Shown here: positions 1 to 7,689 of the stretch, piece after piece
Layout: each line of letters begins with the position of its first letter
Position numbering within the stretch: the stretch's first letter is position 1
Source: a virus
IMG/VR virus record: IMGVR_UViG_3300015195_000003
Span: 1 to 49,980 of that record
DNA: 49,980 nt
Direction: 5' to 3' (one strand)
Notes under the pieces: generated by a model
What the model saw: only the letters and a program-made list of their open reading frames with translations
What the model was told of the DNA's origin: nothing
The model's database searches: none
Position numbers and translations under genes: made by a program

Positions 1-127
1 AAAGACTGCAAGCGGGTATCCTTTTTGACCCGTAGGTTTTTCAAGAATCATTTTTTGAAAGTATTTTGCCGCTACCATTTCAATCATATCGTATCGATCA
101 GGTTTCGCATCAACAGGAGGCGGCCAA
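1..127. repeat. 127-bp terminal direct repeat, copy 1 (identical to 49854..49980); the overlap at the contig ends of a circular assembly
   Basis: Read directly: aaagactgcaagcgggtatcc...caacaggaggcggccaa at 1-127 recurs base for base at 49854-49980. A length of 127 nt matches a common maximal de Bruijn k-mer. Confidence 0.95.
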
Positions 128-333
128 TTCATAAGAGCCAAAACAAGTCGTTCGATTTTTCCACCAAAGCTGTGACGCGTTAAAACATTAATTGTTGAAG
201 GCATTCCGTCCGATTTCGTTTCTTTAAAATACGAACGAGTCTCCTCCACTTGCTCATGAAGAGCTTTTGAAAACTCCTCATCAGTAATAACCAATTGAGC
301 GGCGACTTCTACATTGTCGGGTGTAACTTTCAT
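1..333 (-). CDS. Hypothetical protein, N-terminal part of a gene that crosses the contig junction (continues at 49853..49503)
   Basis: ATG at 333-331 forms an ATGA overlap with the upstream stop at 330-332. The frame stays open to base 1 and is in frame with ORF 49503..49940 through the repeat (cat at 85-87 equals 49938-49940). Joined length is 684 nt, 227 aa. No motif recognised. Confidence 0.7.
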   Translation of the reverse strand, partial: MKVTPDNVEVAAQLVITDEEFSKALHEQVEETRSYFKETKSDGMPSTINVLTRHSFGGKIERLVLALMNWPPPVDAKPDRYDMIEMVAAKYFQKMILEKPTGQKGYPLAVF

Positions 334-914
334 ATTTTTGATAAAATCTCCTGTACTTGCGCTTGACCCATTTTTAATCCCAATTCAAGTTTTTCGATTG
401 CTTCGGGCTCTCTCTTAACTCGGCGAATTGAGATTGTTTTTTCAAAGTTTTCGTTGAAAATAACATAGTCGCACCACTGTCGATCACAAACCAACATTTG
501 CATTTGCATTTGCCAAGCGTGAGCAAGATCGATTTTCTTCTCGTATAGATATCGTACATAATTGGCGTCATTTTTGCATTTGATTTCCAATAATCCGTCC
601 TCACCGATGAATCCGTCAGGGCTACAACCAATAAATTCCGTTAGTTCAACAAAGCCAATTTGAGAGGCGACAATACCAGTCTCTAGCTCGTATGAATTGC
701 GCGCCATTTCTTCAAGTCTTTTGCCGCGCTCCATGTCTTCGTTTGTATAACTCTCTTTAGCTTTTCCTGTTTTAAGTTCAGCAACTTTTTCAAAGCAAAG
801 CGTTTCAAGTCCTTTGCCATTCGTCGCGATTGCTTGAGCGTCGGAAGCGGTAAATTTACCTAGTCGAAGCTTGAACCATTCGTCTGTTCCTTGAGGAATA
901 TTATGCAGTTTCAT
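330..914 (-). CDS. YqaJ-type (lambda Exo-like, PD-(D/E)XK) recombination exonuclease
   Basis: N-terminal GTDEWFKLRLGKFTASDAQAI is the YqaJ hallmark, and the gene sits next to ERF. The track start at 935 is a TTG; the ATG at 914 (MKLHNIPQG) is preferred. Confidence 0.8.
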   Translation of the reverse strand: MKLHNIPQGTDEWFKLRLGKFTASDAQAIATNGKGLETLCFEKVAELKTGKAKESYTNEDMERGKRLEEMARNSYELETGIVASQIGFVELTEFIGCSPDGFIGEDGLLEIKCKNDANYVRYLYEKKIDLAHAWQMQMQMLVCDRQWCDYVIFNENFEKTISIRRVKREPEAIEKLELGLKMGQAQVQEILSKI

Positions 915-1497
915 CTTTTTTCGATTCGCTTTCAATCTCAGTCTTTCGACGTGTGTAGTGTTGAATTAACGACTTTCGAAACTTCGGTCCAAGTTGTTTT
1001 TGAAGCGTTTGAGATATTTTCGCAAGATCTGGAAGCGTTTTAACAGCGTCAATTTTGTCGATGGCTATTTGATCTATCTCGTCGATTTCTTCGGTCTTTG
1101 AGGCGTCTACAGCGTCATTTTCGGCTATCTCAAAAGCAATCATATACAAATATCTCTCAAGATAAGTAATTTGCGCTCCGAGATTTTGAACAGGTTGCGC
1201 GCCAGGAACTTTTGCCTCTGCAATTGGAATATAAAAAGTAATAACATCTTGGGGATTGTCAGTATTGAAGACGCGAAGCAGTGCGCGTTTGTCTTGAAGA
1301 GTAAACAGTGGCATTACTCCTTCTTGCTCTGAGAATTTTGTAACTGAAGGAAGAAAATCTCCAAGCTCGAAATAGTCTCGTCCTTGATTTTTTCCGGTCT
1401 TTTTAAGACTTGATCCAGCCAAATGATTTCGAACTTTTTGAATTCTTTTATAAATGTTGTCGATTTGCACCTTGGCCTCGTTTTTTGTTTCACTCAT
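901..1497 (-). CDS. ERF-family single-strand annealing protein
   Basis: GAQITYLERYLYMIAFEI resembles the ERF G-x-x-x-TY-x-RRY core. Size is about 200 aa, and it is immediately followed by the YqaJ exonuclease. Confidence 0.7.
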   Translation of the reverse strand: MSETKNEAKVQIDNIYKRIQKVRNHLAGSSLKKTGKNQGRDYFELGDFLPSVTKFSEQEGVMPLFTLQDKRALLRVFNTDNPQDVITFYIPIAEAKVPGAQPVQNLGAQITYLERYLYMIAFEIAENDAVDASKTEEIDEIDQIAIDKIDAVKTLPDLAKISQTLQKQLGPKFRKSLIQHYTRRKTEIESESKKDETA

Positions 1498-1504
1498 AAC
1501 GATA

Positions 1505-1533
1505 ATTATACATACTTAGACATAGCTTGTCAA
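1505..1533 (-). promoter_or_regulatory. GTCTAA-box promoter: TTGACA-agctat-GTCTAA-gtatg-TATAAT
   Basis: Reverse complement of 1505-1533. Perfect -35 and -10 hexamers with a 17-nt spacer. The ERF ATG (1497) begins 7 nt after the -10. Confidence 0.65.
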
Positions 1534-1542
1534 GGCTGGTCT

Positions 1543-1805
1543 TTAGATTTTTTCAAGCATTTTTTTATTGGCTTCTTCTGCTTGCCGGCGTCTATTTTCA
1601 GCGACAGGATCGAGTTGTCTTGTCTCCCGGACTTTTTGATCCGCTTGTCTTTCTCGAACTTCTTTTTGTTGTTGAAGACGATCGATTAAATACATCATAT
1701 CCCCATTTGATAGTCGATTGAAACAGGTTTTTTTAAAGTGGTTTTTTGCGTTTTCCTTTAAGTCGATGGCTTTATGGCCAAGCTCTTGTCCTAAAGCGAA
1801 AAACA
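1543..1805 (-). CDS. Hypothetical protein (short form of track ORF 1543..2046)
   Basis: The internal ATG at 1805 (MFFALGQELGHK...) lies just downstream of the stop of gene 1847..2146. The longer form would overlap that gene by 200 nt. Confidence 0.45.
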
Positions 1806-1846
1806 TTCTTTGTTGCGCTGGTGAGTGTTCAGCGATTGGCGCGTGG

Positions 1847-2146
1847 TTATGCGATTGAATCTTCGGGAGGTTGAGGGAAGGGTCTTGCGCCGCGTTTCCC
1901 TGGTTCGTAGGGTTTTTGCTCGGTGACGGTGTAAGTTCCTTCTTTCCACTTGAGAATGTCTGCTCCGAGGACTTTGTAATATTTTCCTTTTCCTCGACAG
2001 ACGTTTCTAGCTCTAAGTTTTCCTGCTTCGATGAGTCGTAATACATAACGATAGTCCGGCTTACCCTTCGTGTTAAGGATAAACTCGTATTTTACAATTT
2101 CCGACGGTATATACTCTCTTGTCGGATCTAAAGGTACTTTTGGCAT
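1847..2146 (-). CDS. Small DNA-binding protein, excisionase/MerR-like HTH
   Basis: YRYVLRLIEAGKLRARNV...YKVLGADILKW resembles HTH_17/Xis-type domains. Starts with ATG. Confidence 0.45.
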   Translation of the reverse strand: MPKVPLDPTREYIPSEIVKYEFILNTKGKPDYRYVLRLIEAGKLRARNVCRGKGKYYKVLGADILKWKEGTYTVTEQKPYEPGKRGARPFPQPPEDSIA

Positions 2147-2156
2147 AATTGGTTAA

Positions 2157-2196
2157 ATGATACAGGTTTCTCAAACTTTTTTCAACATGGTTAGAC
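2157..2196 (-). promoter_or_regulatory. Candidate promoter TTGAAA-N17-TATCAT with an upstream GTCTAA box
   Basis: -35 at 2180-2185, -10 at 2157-2162, ATG (2146) 10 nt downstream, and GTCTAA at 2191-2196. The geometry differs from the other GTCTAA promoters. Confidence 0.35.
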
Positions 2197-2203
2197 AGGG
2201 TTT

Positions 2204-2509
2204 TTAGCCTCGAAACTGCAATTGCCCAATTTTGATTTGTGTCAAAAGATAGTGCATGGTCATTGTTATATACCCAGCTTTGACATCTTTTTCGGCTTCC
2301 AATAATCGATACATTGACTCTTTGATCTTTTGTGTTCCCCTGCTTTTTATAAGTTTGTTTCCGTATACAGATTTGAACACCTCCTCTCTATCTTTTTCGA
2401 GTACGACAAGCGTATCGTCAAAGCTGTTTTGTGAAAATGCTTCTTTGTTTTGATAGTCTGCTTTTTTAAGCAATTTGACTAAAATATCAATGATTGTAAA
2501 TTTATCCAT
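2204..2509 (-). CDS. Hypothetical protein
   Basis: ATG at 2509 (MDKFTIIDIL...) overlaps the upstream stop by 8 nt. The long form in the track is less likely. Confidence 0.55.
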   Translation of the reverse strand: MDKFTIIDILVKLLKKADYQNKEAFSQNSFDDTLVVLEKDREEVFKSVYGNKLIKSRGTQKIKESMYRLLEAEKDVKAGYITMTMHYLLTQIKIGQLQFRG

Positions 2510-2714
2510 TATCAAACTCCAAAATCTCATACACTTTTTTAGCCACATCATTTGAAAGCTCGGTCAACTTTTCTTTTGTTTCGTCTTTTCTAAAGACCAT
2601 CTGCGGGACAGCAATTGCTCCTATTCCCTTGAGAAATTGACCAGCAACAAATTGTTGATTGGCATACACATTTATTGTCAAAACTGGAATATCTTGAAAC
2701 TCTTCATTTGTCAT
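2502..2714 (-). CDS. Hypothetical protein
   Basis: ATG at 2714 (MTNEEFQDIP...) sits directly after the Fic stop (TAATATG). The long form would overlap Fic. Confidence 0.5.
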   Translation of the reverse strand: MTNEEFQDIPVLTINVYANQQFVAGQFLKGIGAIAVPQMVFRKDETKEKLTELSNDVAKKVYEILEFDNG

Positions 2715-2715
2715 A

Positions 2716-3195
2716 TTAGAACCACTTATAATATTCTGAGCGCTCGTCGTATTTGATAACGAGAATATCAAGCCCTGCTTTGAGTCGTTGCCAATTGAGA
2801 AGCATTCGACCGACGCGACCGTTTCCATCAACAAACGGATGAATATGTTCAAACTTTACGTGATGCGGATACCATTGTGCAGGATAGCCATTTGCAAAAC
2901 GAACCCAGCTATCAATTTCGGATCGGATTAACTCATGGCGAATTCCCTCTCGTCCTGCAATATACACTTGAATATGTCGAAAGTACCCTTTCTGATCGGG
3001 CATTAAATTCGAGTGAAGCATTAAGATTTTGTGCGTTTTCAAAATTGTGCCAATTGAAAGCTCTTTTTCTTCTCTGAGATATTGCCACGCAAAAGCCGCT
3101 TGCTTAAAAGAGATCGCGTCGGTCACGTTCTCAATTCGATTGCTTTCGTTTAAAAACTCAATCTCTTGAGCTGTCAATGTTATTTTTTTAGTCAT
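2716..3195 (-). CDS. Fic/DOC-family protein (AMP-transferase type) with its own inhibitory helix motif
   Basis: HPFVDGNGRVGR matches the canonical HxFx(D/E)GNGRxxR motif. SNRIEN, N-terminal to the core, fits the (S/T)xxxE(G/N) inhibitory motif. The ATG at 3195 is preferred over 3285. Confidence 0.8.
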   Translation of the reverse strand: MTKKITLTAQEIEFLNESNRIENVTDAISFKQAAFAWQYLREEKELSIGTILKTHKILMLHSNLMPDQKGYFRHIQVYIAGREGIRHELIRSEIDSWVRFANGYPAQWYPHHVKFEHIHPFVDGNGRVGRMLLNWQRLKAGLDILVIKYDERSEYYKWF

Positions 3196-3409
3196 TTGAT
3201 TTTTCGTCCTTTGCTGTTTGATAACCTGAAGTAAATGCAATTCTAACGGCTTGAAAAATAGCCTGGCTAAGATTGTCGTTTTCATGATCTATCTTATTTT
3301 TTTCACAAACCGCAACGAAAATAGCCATCATTAACATTTCGTATCGCTTTAGCAATATTTTTGTTTGATTAACCATGTCATCGGGTGTTTTTTCTTCAAC
3401 GAAACTCAT
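3188..3409 (-). CDS. Hypothetical protein
   Basis: The track start (3424) is a TTG. The ATG at 3409 forms an ATGA overlap with the upstream stop. Confidence 0.5.
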   Translation of the reverse strand: MSFVEEKTPDDMVNQTKILLKRYEMLMMAIFVAVCEKNKIDHENDNLSQAIFQAVRIAFTSGYQTAKDEKSND

Positions 3410-3603
3410 ATCGATTTCCCCCAAATTGCTTGTGTTAAAATTCTCGCGCGCTGGTGTCCGTCAACAATTGTGACATCTGCTTTATGGATTATATGCTCCT
3501 CGCCGTTCTTATCTTTTGCTAAAATCCAACCCATTTGTTGAAACTCCAAAACGTCACAAACGCCCCACTTTTCACATTTAATTTTAATTGGTCTAATTTC
3601 CAT
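3406..3603 (-). CDS. Hypothetical protein
   Basis: 65-aa ORF with an ATG start that overlaps the stop of the J-domain gene. Confidence 0.5.
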   Translation of the reverse strand: MEIRPIKIKCEKWGVCDVLEFQQMGWILAKDKNGEEHIIHKADVTIVDGHQRARILTQAIWGKSI

Positions 3604-4138
3604 TATTGCTCCTTATCTTCTCAATTGCGTCGTTTAGCTCTTTAAATTTCACAGCGTCGCCACCCAAATCGGGATGGTTCTTTTTTGCTAAGACTTTAAA
3701 TTGCGCCTCGCAAACTGAAATAGCCGTTCCGCGTGGAAGTCCTAACACGTCCCACGGGTCTTTTTCAAGAATTGGTGCGCCAATTTGCATGTACGCACTC
3801 GTAAAAATTTCAGACATTCCGCGTAATTCATTGAGTCGAAGCGATTGAACGGTCATCCAAACAACACGAAGATTGTCTTTCGGGCTTGCTTGTTTATCGG
3901 AGGTTAAAACAATCTCTCGATCGCCGAGAACATATCGAACGGTGACAATTGTTTGATTTGGCGGTGTTAAAATCCAGTCGGTGACTCCCCACTTACTAAA
4001 CTCATTTGCGAGTTGTTGTTTGGTTTGAAGCCAATTTTTCTTTGTATCTAAAACATAATCCGACATAGTTATATTGCTACTTTTACGAACCTTGGCCTCC
4101 AAAACATCCACCAGTGACGGCGGTATCCGTACCCACAA
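3593..4138 (-). CDS. Protein with a C-terminal J domain (DnaJ-like)
   Basis: DPWDVLGLPRGTAISVCEAQFKVLAKKNHPDLGG...FKELNDAIEKI contains the HPD tripeptide in a J-domain helix II/III context. The track start at 4138 is a TTG; an alternative ATG lies at 4066. Confidence 0.75.
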   Translation of the reverse strand: MWVRIPPSLVDVLEAKVRKSSNITMSDYVLDTKKNWLQTKQQLANEFSKWGVTDWILTPPNQTIVTVRYVLGDREIVLTSDKQASPKDNLRVVWMTVQSLRLNELRGMSEIFTSAYMQIGAPILEKDPWDVLGLPRGTAISVCEAQFKVLAKKNHPDLGGDAVKFKELNDAIEKIRSNNGN

Positions 4139-4252
4139 ATTTTTCGATAAATAATCATTTAAAAAATCTCCCTATTTCGAAAATCCCATAAAGGAAAAAC
4201 CAAAGCGTGAAAACCATACCTATAAAAAAACCATAAAAGAAAAACTCGAATT

Positions 4253-4450
4253 TTACTTTCCAGCTTTTGTCTTCGGTTCTTCGATAGTCTTGTTTTGCTC
4301 GACCCACAATAAAAACTCCCGAATTGCGTTATTGCCGACAAGATTTTTGTCCGACTCCTTCGGGAAGCTATTATATTTTAGTGCAAACTCTCGCAATTGT
4401 GTTATTGAGAATTTTTTCTTGTAATTTTTGATCTCTTCAAAATTGCTCAT
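4253..4450 (-). CDS. Hypothetical protein, first minus-strand gene after the divergent control region
   Basis: 65-aa ORF with an ATG start, downstream of the promoter at 4479-4507. Confidence 0.55.
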   Translation of the reverse strand: MSNFEEIKNYKKKFSITQLREFALKYNSFPKESDKNLVGNNAIREFLLWVEQNKTIEEPKTKAGK

Positions 4451-4478
4451 ACGCTTTACAGTTAAGTATATACTGTTA

Positions 4479-4507
4479 ATTATACATACTTAGACATAGT
4501 TTGTCAA
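4479..4507 (-). promoter_or_regulatory. GTCTAA-box promoter: TTGACA-aactat-GTCTAA-gtatg-TATAAT
   Basis: Perfect hexamers with a 17-nt spacer, nearly identical to the promoter at 1505-1533. Here the ATG (4450) lies 28 nt downstream. Confidence 0.6.
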
Positions 4508-4523
4508 CCCGTGTTTTGAGTCC

Positions 4524-4551
4524 TTGACATAATCCTGTGGTCTGCTATAAA
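4524..4551 (+). promoter_or_regulatory. Candidate plus-strand promoter TTGACA-N16-TATAAA
   Basis: Read directly. It is back to back with the minus-strand promoter and points toward the replication block. Confidence 0.4.
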
Positions 4552-4572
4552 TAGTAACACAAGACAAACAGC

Positions 4573-4602
4573 TTGTAACTCCGAGGCCAAGAGGAGTATA
4601 AT
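4573..4602 (+). promoter_or_regulatory. Candidate plus-strand promoter TTGTAA-N18-TATAAT
   Basis: Read directly, about 95 nt upstream of the ATG at 4699. Confidence 0.35.
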
Positions 4603-4698
4603 CAATCAGAAGCATATCCAATCCGTTTGGGTTAGTGCCGAGTGAAAACTTGGCCAAAGTTCTGATTGACTTCGGCACTTACCTAAGCGGATTTTTTT

Positions 4699-4980
4699 AT
4701 GGATAAGCAAACTACATACAACGAATTACACTCCAAGCTCTCTGAAAAATACAAGATCAGTTGGTCGATGATCGGCACAATTCGATCTCAAGCACTCGGA
4801 CACGGCATGTCTCGTGAAGACATCATGGATTGGGTCGATGCAAAAATAAAAGAAGCAAAAAAAGCAGGTCATCCCCCAAAAGAACAATGGCCAAAGCTTT
4901 TTGATTTTCTTGAAACACTTGAGGACGCCGCCTTTGAAGAGATCATCCAGCGCACCAAGTTCGATGTTAAAAAGCCATGA
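4699..4980 (+). CDS. Hypothetical protein (first gene of the plus-strand block)
   Basis: 93-aa ORF with an ATG start; its stop overlaps the next start (ATGA). Confidence 0.6.
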   Translation: MDKQTTYNELHSKLSEKYKISWSMIGTIRSQALGHGMSREDIMDWVDAKIKEAKKAGHPPKEQWPKLFDFLETLEDAAFEEIIQRTKFDVKKP

Positions 4981-5777
4981 AGTATTTCCAACATGAATCA
5001 AACGCTCGAAACGACATTAAAATAAAGATGTTGCAGAAAGCGTTTGGGAACGATGGATATGCCACCTATTTTAAAATGCTGGAAATTATCTCTGAGTACG
5101 CAACGGAGCGAAATATTGACGAATGGGGTTTTGTTGATCGCTTTCACAAAACAGATACATTGGCGGACGAGTGCGGTGTTTCCCCTGATCTTTTGAAAAA
5201 AATTCTCCTGAAATGTAACGAGTTAGATCTTTTTGAGCAAAAAGAACACCGCCTTTATTGCGCTAAAATTCTAAAACGTTTGGACAATTATTCCGCAAAA
5301 GTTATCAGAAAATACAAAAAAGACGGTGGAGAAGAAAAATCAGAAAAAAATCCTGAAAAGCAAGAAATCGAAGCTAAAAACGGTGTTCGAACAAAGTCCG
5401 TACAAAGTACGGCTAGAATAGATCTAAAAGAAGAGAAGAGAGAAGAGTCACTTTTGCCAAAAGACAAAAGTTGCACTCACTCGCTTGATCCTTGTGACGA
5501 ATATTGCACTTGGGATATTGGAAACGAACTTGATACGCACAAAAACAATGTTGACGAAATAAAAGACGAGCTTATTGCCTACTTGAAGGCCGGAAACAAG
5601 AAAAAATATAAAATCTTTCATGACACGCTTATTGCCTGGGTGCGGCGAGGTTTGAAAAGCGGCGATATTTCACACATGGAGGAAATCGAGAAAATGGACA
5701 TGGAGGGCGAGCATCCCGATTACAAGAAAAAACAGCGCGAGATTGCCAAAATCCTTGTCCAGAAAGGCGTCTTGTGA
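4977..5777 (+). CDS. DUF4373/DnaD-like replication initiation protein
   Basis: N-terminal YFQHESNARNDIKIKMLQKAFGNDGYATYFKMLEII matches the Lin1244/DUF4373 N-terminal pattern. It lies upstream of the primase zinc-finger and helicase genes. Confidence 0.65.
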   Translation: MKYFQHESNARNDIKIKMLQKAFGNDGYATYFKMLEIISEYATERNIDEWGFVDRFHKTDTLADECGVSPDLLKKILLKCNELDLFEQKEHRLYCAKILKRLDNYSAKVIRKYKKDGGEEKSEKNPEKQEIEAKNGVRTKSVQSTARIDLKEEKREESLLPKDKSCTHSLDPCDEYCTWDIGNELDTHKNNVDEIKDELIAYLKAGNKKKYKIFHDTLIAWVRRGLKSGDISHMEEIEKMDMEGEHPDYKKKQREIAKILVQKGVL

Positions 5778-6358
5778 CGATACAAAACCCACCTCGGATA
5801 AATCCCGATATGGATCTCTCGCCTTTTGAGGACGGATTAAACGACATTATCCACACCAAGATTTCTGAAATCATGGCGTACATGGATCGCCTAGACGAAA
5901 GAAAACAAATGTGGATGGAAGCAATTACTCGAACAAAAAAGCGCGGCGAGTTAGACGCATTTTCTGTATATTTTTGGTCTTTTTGGGTAGAACTTGAATA
6001 CGGGAATTATTATATTTGTCAAAAATGGTTGCAATATTGGCTCGGACTTTTTGAAAAGAATTCTGGAAAAAAATTCGAAGCGACAACCGAAACAAAAAGC
6101 CGACTGGAGGCAGAGGCGGAAGTGCAACGCGCAAAACAGGTTCCGATTGAGAATTTTTATCAAGGGAAGTTACGCGGTGCTGGCGCTCGTCAAATGGGTC
6201 TTTGTCCGTTTCATGAAGAAAGCTCGCCCAGCTTTTTTATCTTTACAAATACCAATACGTTTCATTGTTTTGGGTGCGCCGCTGGCAATGATGTGATTGA
6301 TTTTATTATGAAACTCAAAAAACTAACCTTCTCGCAAGCCGTCCAATTTTTATTATGA
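5774..6358 (+). CDS. Protein with a C-terminal CHC2 primase-type zinc finger and no catalytic primase domain
   Basis: CPFHEESSPSFFIFTNTNTFHCFGCAAGNDVIDF is the zf-CHC2 signature. The start is a GTG at 5774 (GTGA overlap); an alternative ATG lies at 5810. Confidence 0.7.
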   Translation: MTIQNPPRINPDMDLSPFEDGLNDIIHTKISEIMAYMDRLDERKQMWMEAITRTKKRGELDAFSVYFWSFWVELEYGNYYICQKWLQYWLGLFEKNSGKKFEATTETKSRLEAEAEVQRAKQVPIENFYQGKLRGAGARQMGLCPFHEESSPSFFIFTNTNTFHCFGCAAGNDVIDFIMKLKKLTFSQAVQFLL

Positions 6359-7263
6359 TCAACGACAGTATTATAAAAAAAGCGCAAAAAAAAGCTTATC
6401 AATCGGCTGAGAAAATCGCAGAAGAAAAGGAGATCCCACAACCGCAAAGTTTAGAATCCATTAGACAAAAAAGAATCATTGAACGAGAGCTTGAAAAACA
6501 TGCGCCGTCAACTGGTTATCCTGAGCTTGATAAAATTGTGAAGGGTTTCATTCCCGGGCATTTATACACGCTGACAGGTGTGGAAAATGTGGGAAAAACT
6601 TCGATCGCTTGTAATTTTGCGGTTCGAGTAGCGATTCACGGACGACGCGTTTTATACATCGCGCTTGAGCCTGATAATACCGTAATTGAATATTTAGCAT
6701 CCGTTATGTGGGACAAAAGATTTGATGAACTCGACTCTGAGGATCTTGATTTATCGCCCATGTCAATTGACGTCTACTCCAAAGAGGCGGTCGAAACTGC
6801 TGAAGATTTGGTGGAAATCATCGACACGCTTGATCGATACGACTTGGTGATTGTTGACCATATCGGATATTTTATAACGTCTGAGAAAAATTTCGTCCAA
6901 CAACAAAGCAATGTTTTAAAAAAGTTAGTGGGTACGGCGAAGCGAAAAAAGTGCGCCATTATGGTTATCGCTCATTTGAAAAAACGCAATAAGGCGGAGC
7001 GAAAAAACTACATTCCAAACTCGAACGACATTTCAGGCTCGGGATCATTTCAACAAGACTCGACTGAGGTTTTTATTGTCACGCGCTCTCCTAAAACAGA
7101 AGAAAAGGACGAGGTTGCATACGCTGATTTTGGAAAGTTTTATGTCACGAAAACAAAAGCCGGACCCAACGGCTGGTTTGGTTTGAAGTTTTCAGAGCGC
7201 AAGGCGAACATTTTATCCAATGAGCTTGCTTATCAAAAAAGCATGGACGAAACCATGCTATAA
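6355..7263 (+). CDS. DnaB C-terminal/RecA-like replicative helicase ATPase
   Basis: Walker A GVENVGKTS and Walker B LVIVDHIGY in a DnaB_C/KaiC-like layout. It lacks a DnaB N-terminal domain. Confidence 0.75.
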   Translation: MINDSIIKKAQKKAYQSAEKIAEEKEIPQPQSLESIRQKRIIERELEKHAPSTGYPELDKIVKGFIPGHLYTLTGVENVGKTSIACNFAVRVAIHGRRVLYIALEPDNTVIEYLASVMWDKRFDELDSEDLDLSPMSIDVYSKEAVETAEDLVEIIDTLDRYDLVIVDHIGYFITSEKNFVQQQSNVLKKLVGTAKRKKCAIMVIAHLKKRNKAERKNYIPNSNDISGSGSFQQDSTEVFIVTRSPKTEEKDEVAYADFGKFYVTKTKAGPNGWFGLKFSERKANILSNELAYQKSMDETML

Positions 7264-7351
7264 TGGAGATACTTTAGTTTGATCGCTTTAAAACCGACCT
7301 CGCTGATGTTTCTAAATTTCATTAACTTATGGTTAATTTAAATATAGAATA

Positions 7352-7392
7352 AACCGGCTCGCTCGTTCCCAGGAATTGACAGCCGGTTTTTT
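7352..7392 (+). terminator. Rho-independent terminator candidate ending the replication operon
   Basis: Stem aACCGGCT (7352-7359) pairs with AGCCGGTt (7381-7388), followed by a T-run. The loop is long (21 nt). Confidence 0.5.
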
Positions 7393-7410
7393 CTTGCCTA
7401 TGCTGGAGAT

Positions 7411-7689
7411 ATGGTCGTCGATGATCAATTATTTTTTATCCTCTCATCGAACCGCAAATCATTACTTGCACTTGCGAAACTTTTTGATTTAACAGAAGAC
7501 GAAGTAAATCACCCCGACGCTGGCGATTGGATGGTTGATTGCATTAAACAAATTCAAGTTACAAACATAACACTTCATACCATTAAGATGAGAGCGACAC
7601 AAAATCAGAAGATTGAAAATTATACAGCGGATCTTTTTACCAATAAAACAAATCCTTTAGTTACGACTCCCCCCTCGCAATTGAAATAG
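7411..7689 (+). CDS. Hypothetical ORF (doubtful)
   Basis: 92-aa ORF after the terminator. It overlaps the 3' end of 7661..8101 convergently. No motif recognised. Confidence 0.3.
   Translation: MVVDDQLFFILSSNRKSLLALAKLFDLTEDEVNHPDAGDWMVDCIKQIQVTNITLHTIKMRATQNQKIENYTADLFTNKTNPLVTTPPSQLK

Noticed and set aside
1-127. The 127-bp end repeat as a biological direct terminal repeat or att-type repeat
   Set aside because: It is exactly 127 nt, mismatch-free, sits at the extreme contig ends and lies inside a coding sequence that reads through in frame. That is most simply an assembler circularisation overlap. Only read-level data could prove a physical DTR.
1543-2046. Long form of ORF 1543..2046 overlapping gene 1847..2146 by 200 nt
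   Set aside because: The overlap region of this frame is low-complexity (Ser/Pro/Asn/Gln-rich). An internal ATG at 1805 sits just after the upstream stop, so the short form was annotated instead.
4490-4678. Track ORF 4490..4678 (62 aa, minus strand)
   Set aside because: It spans the divergent promoter region, begins inside the -35/-10 of the minus-strand promoter, and has no start signal or recognisable composition. It is treated as non-coding regulatory DNA.
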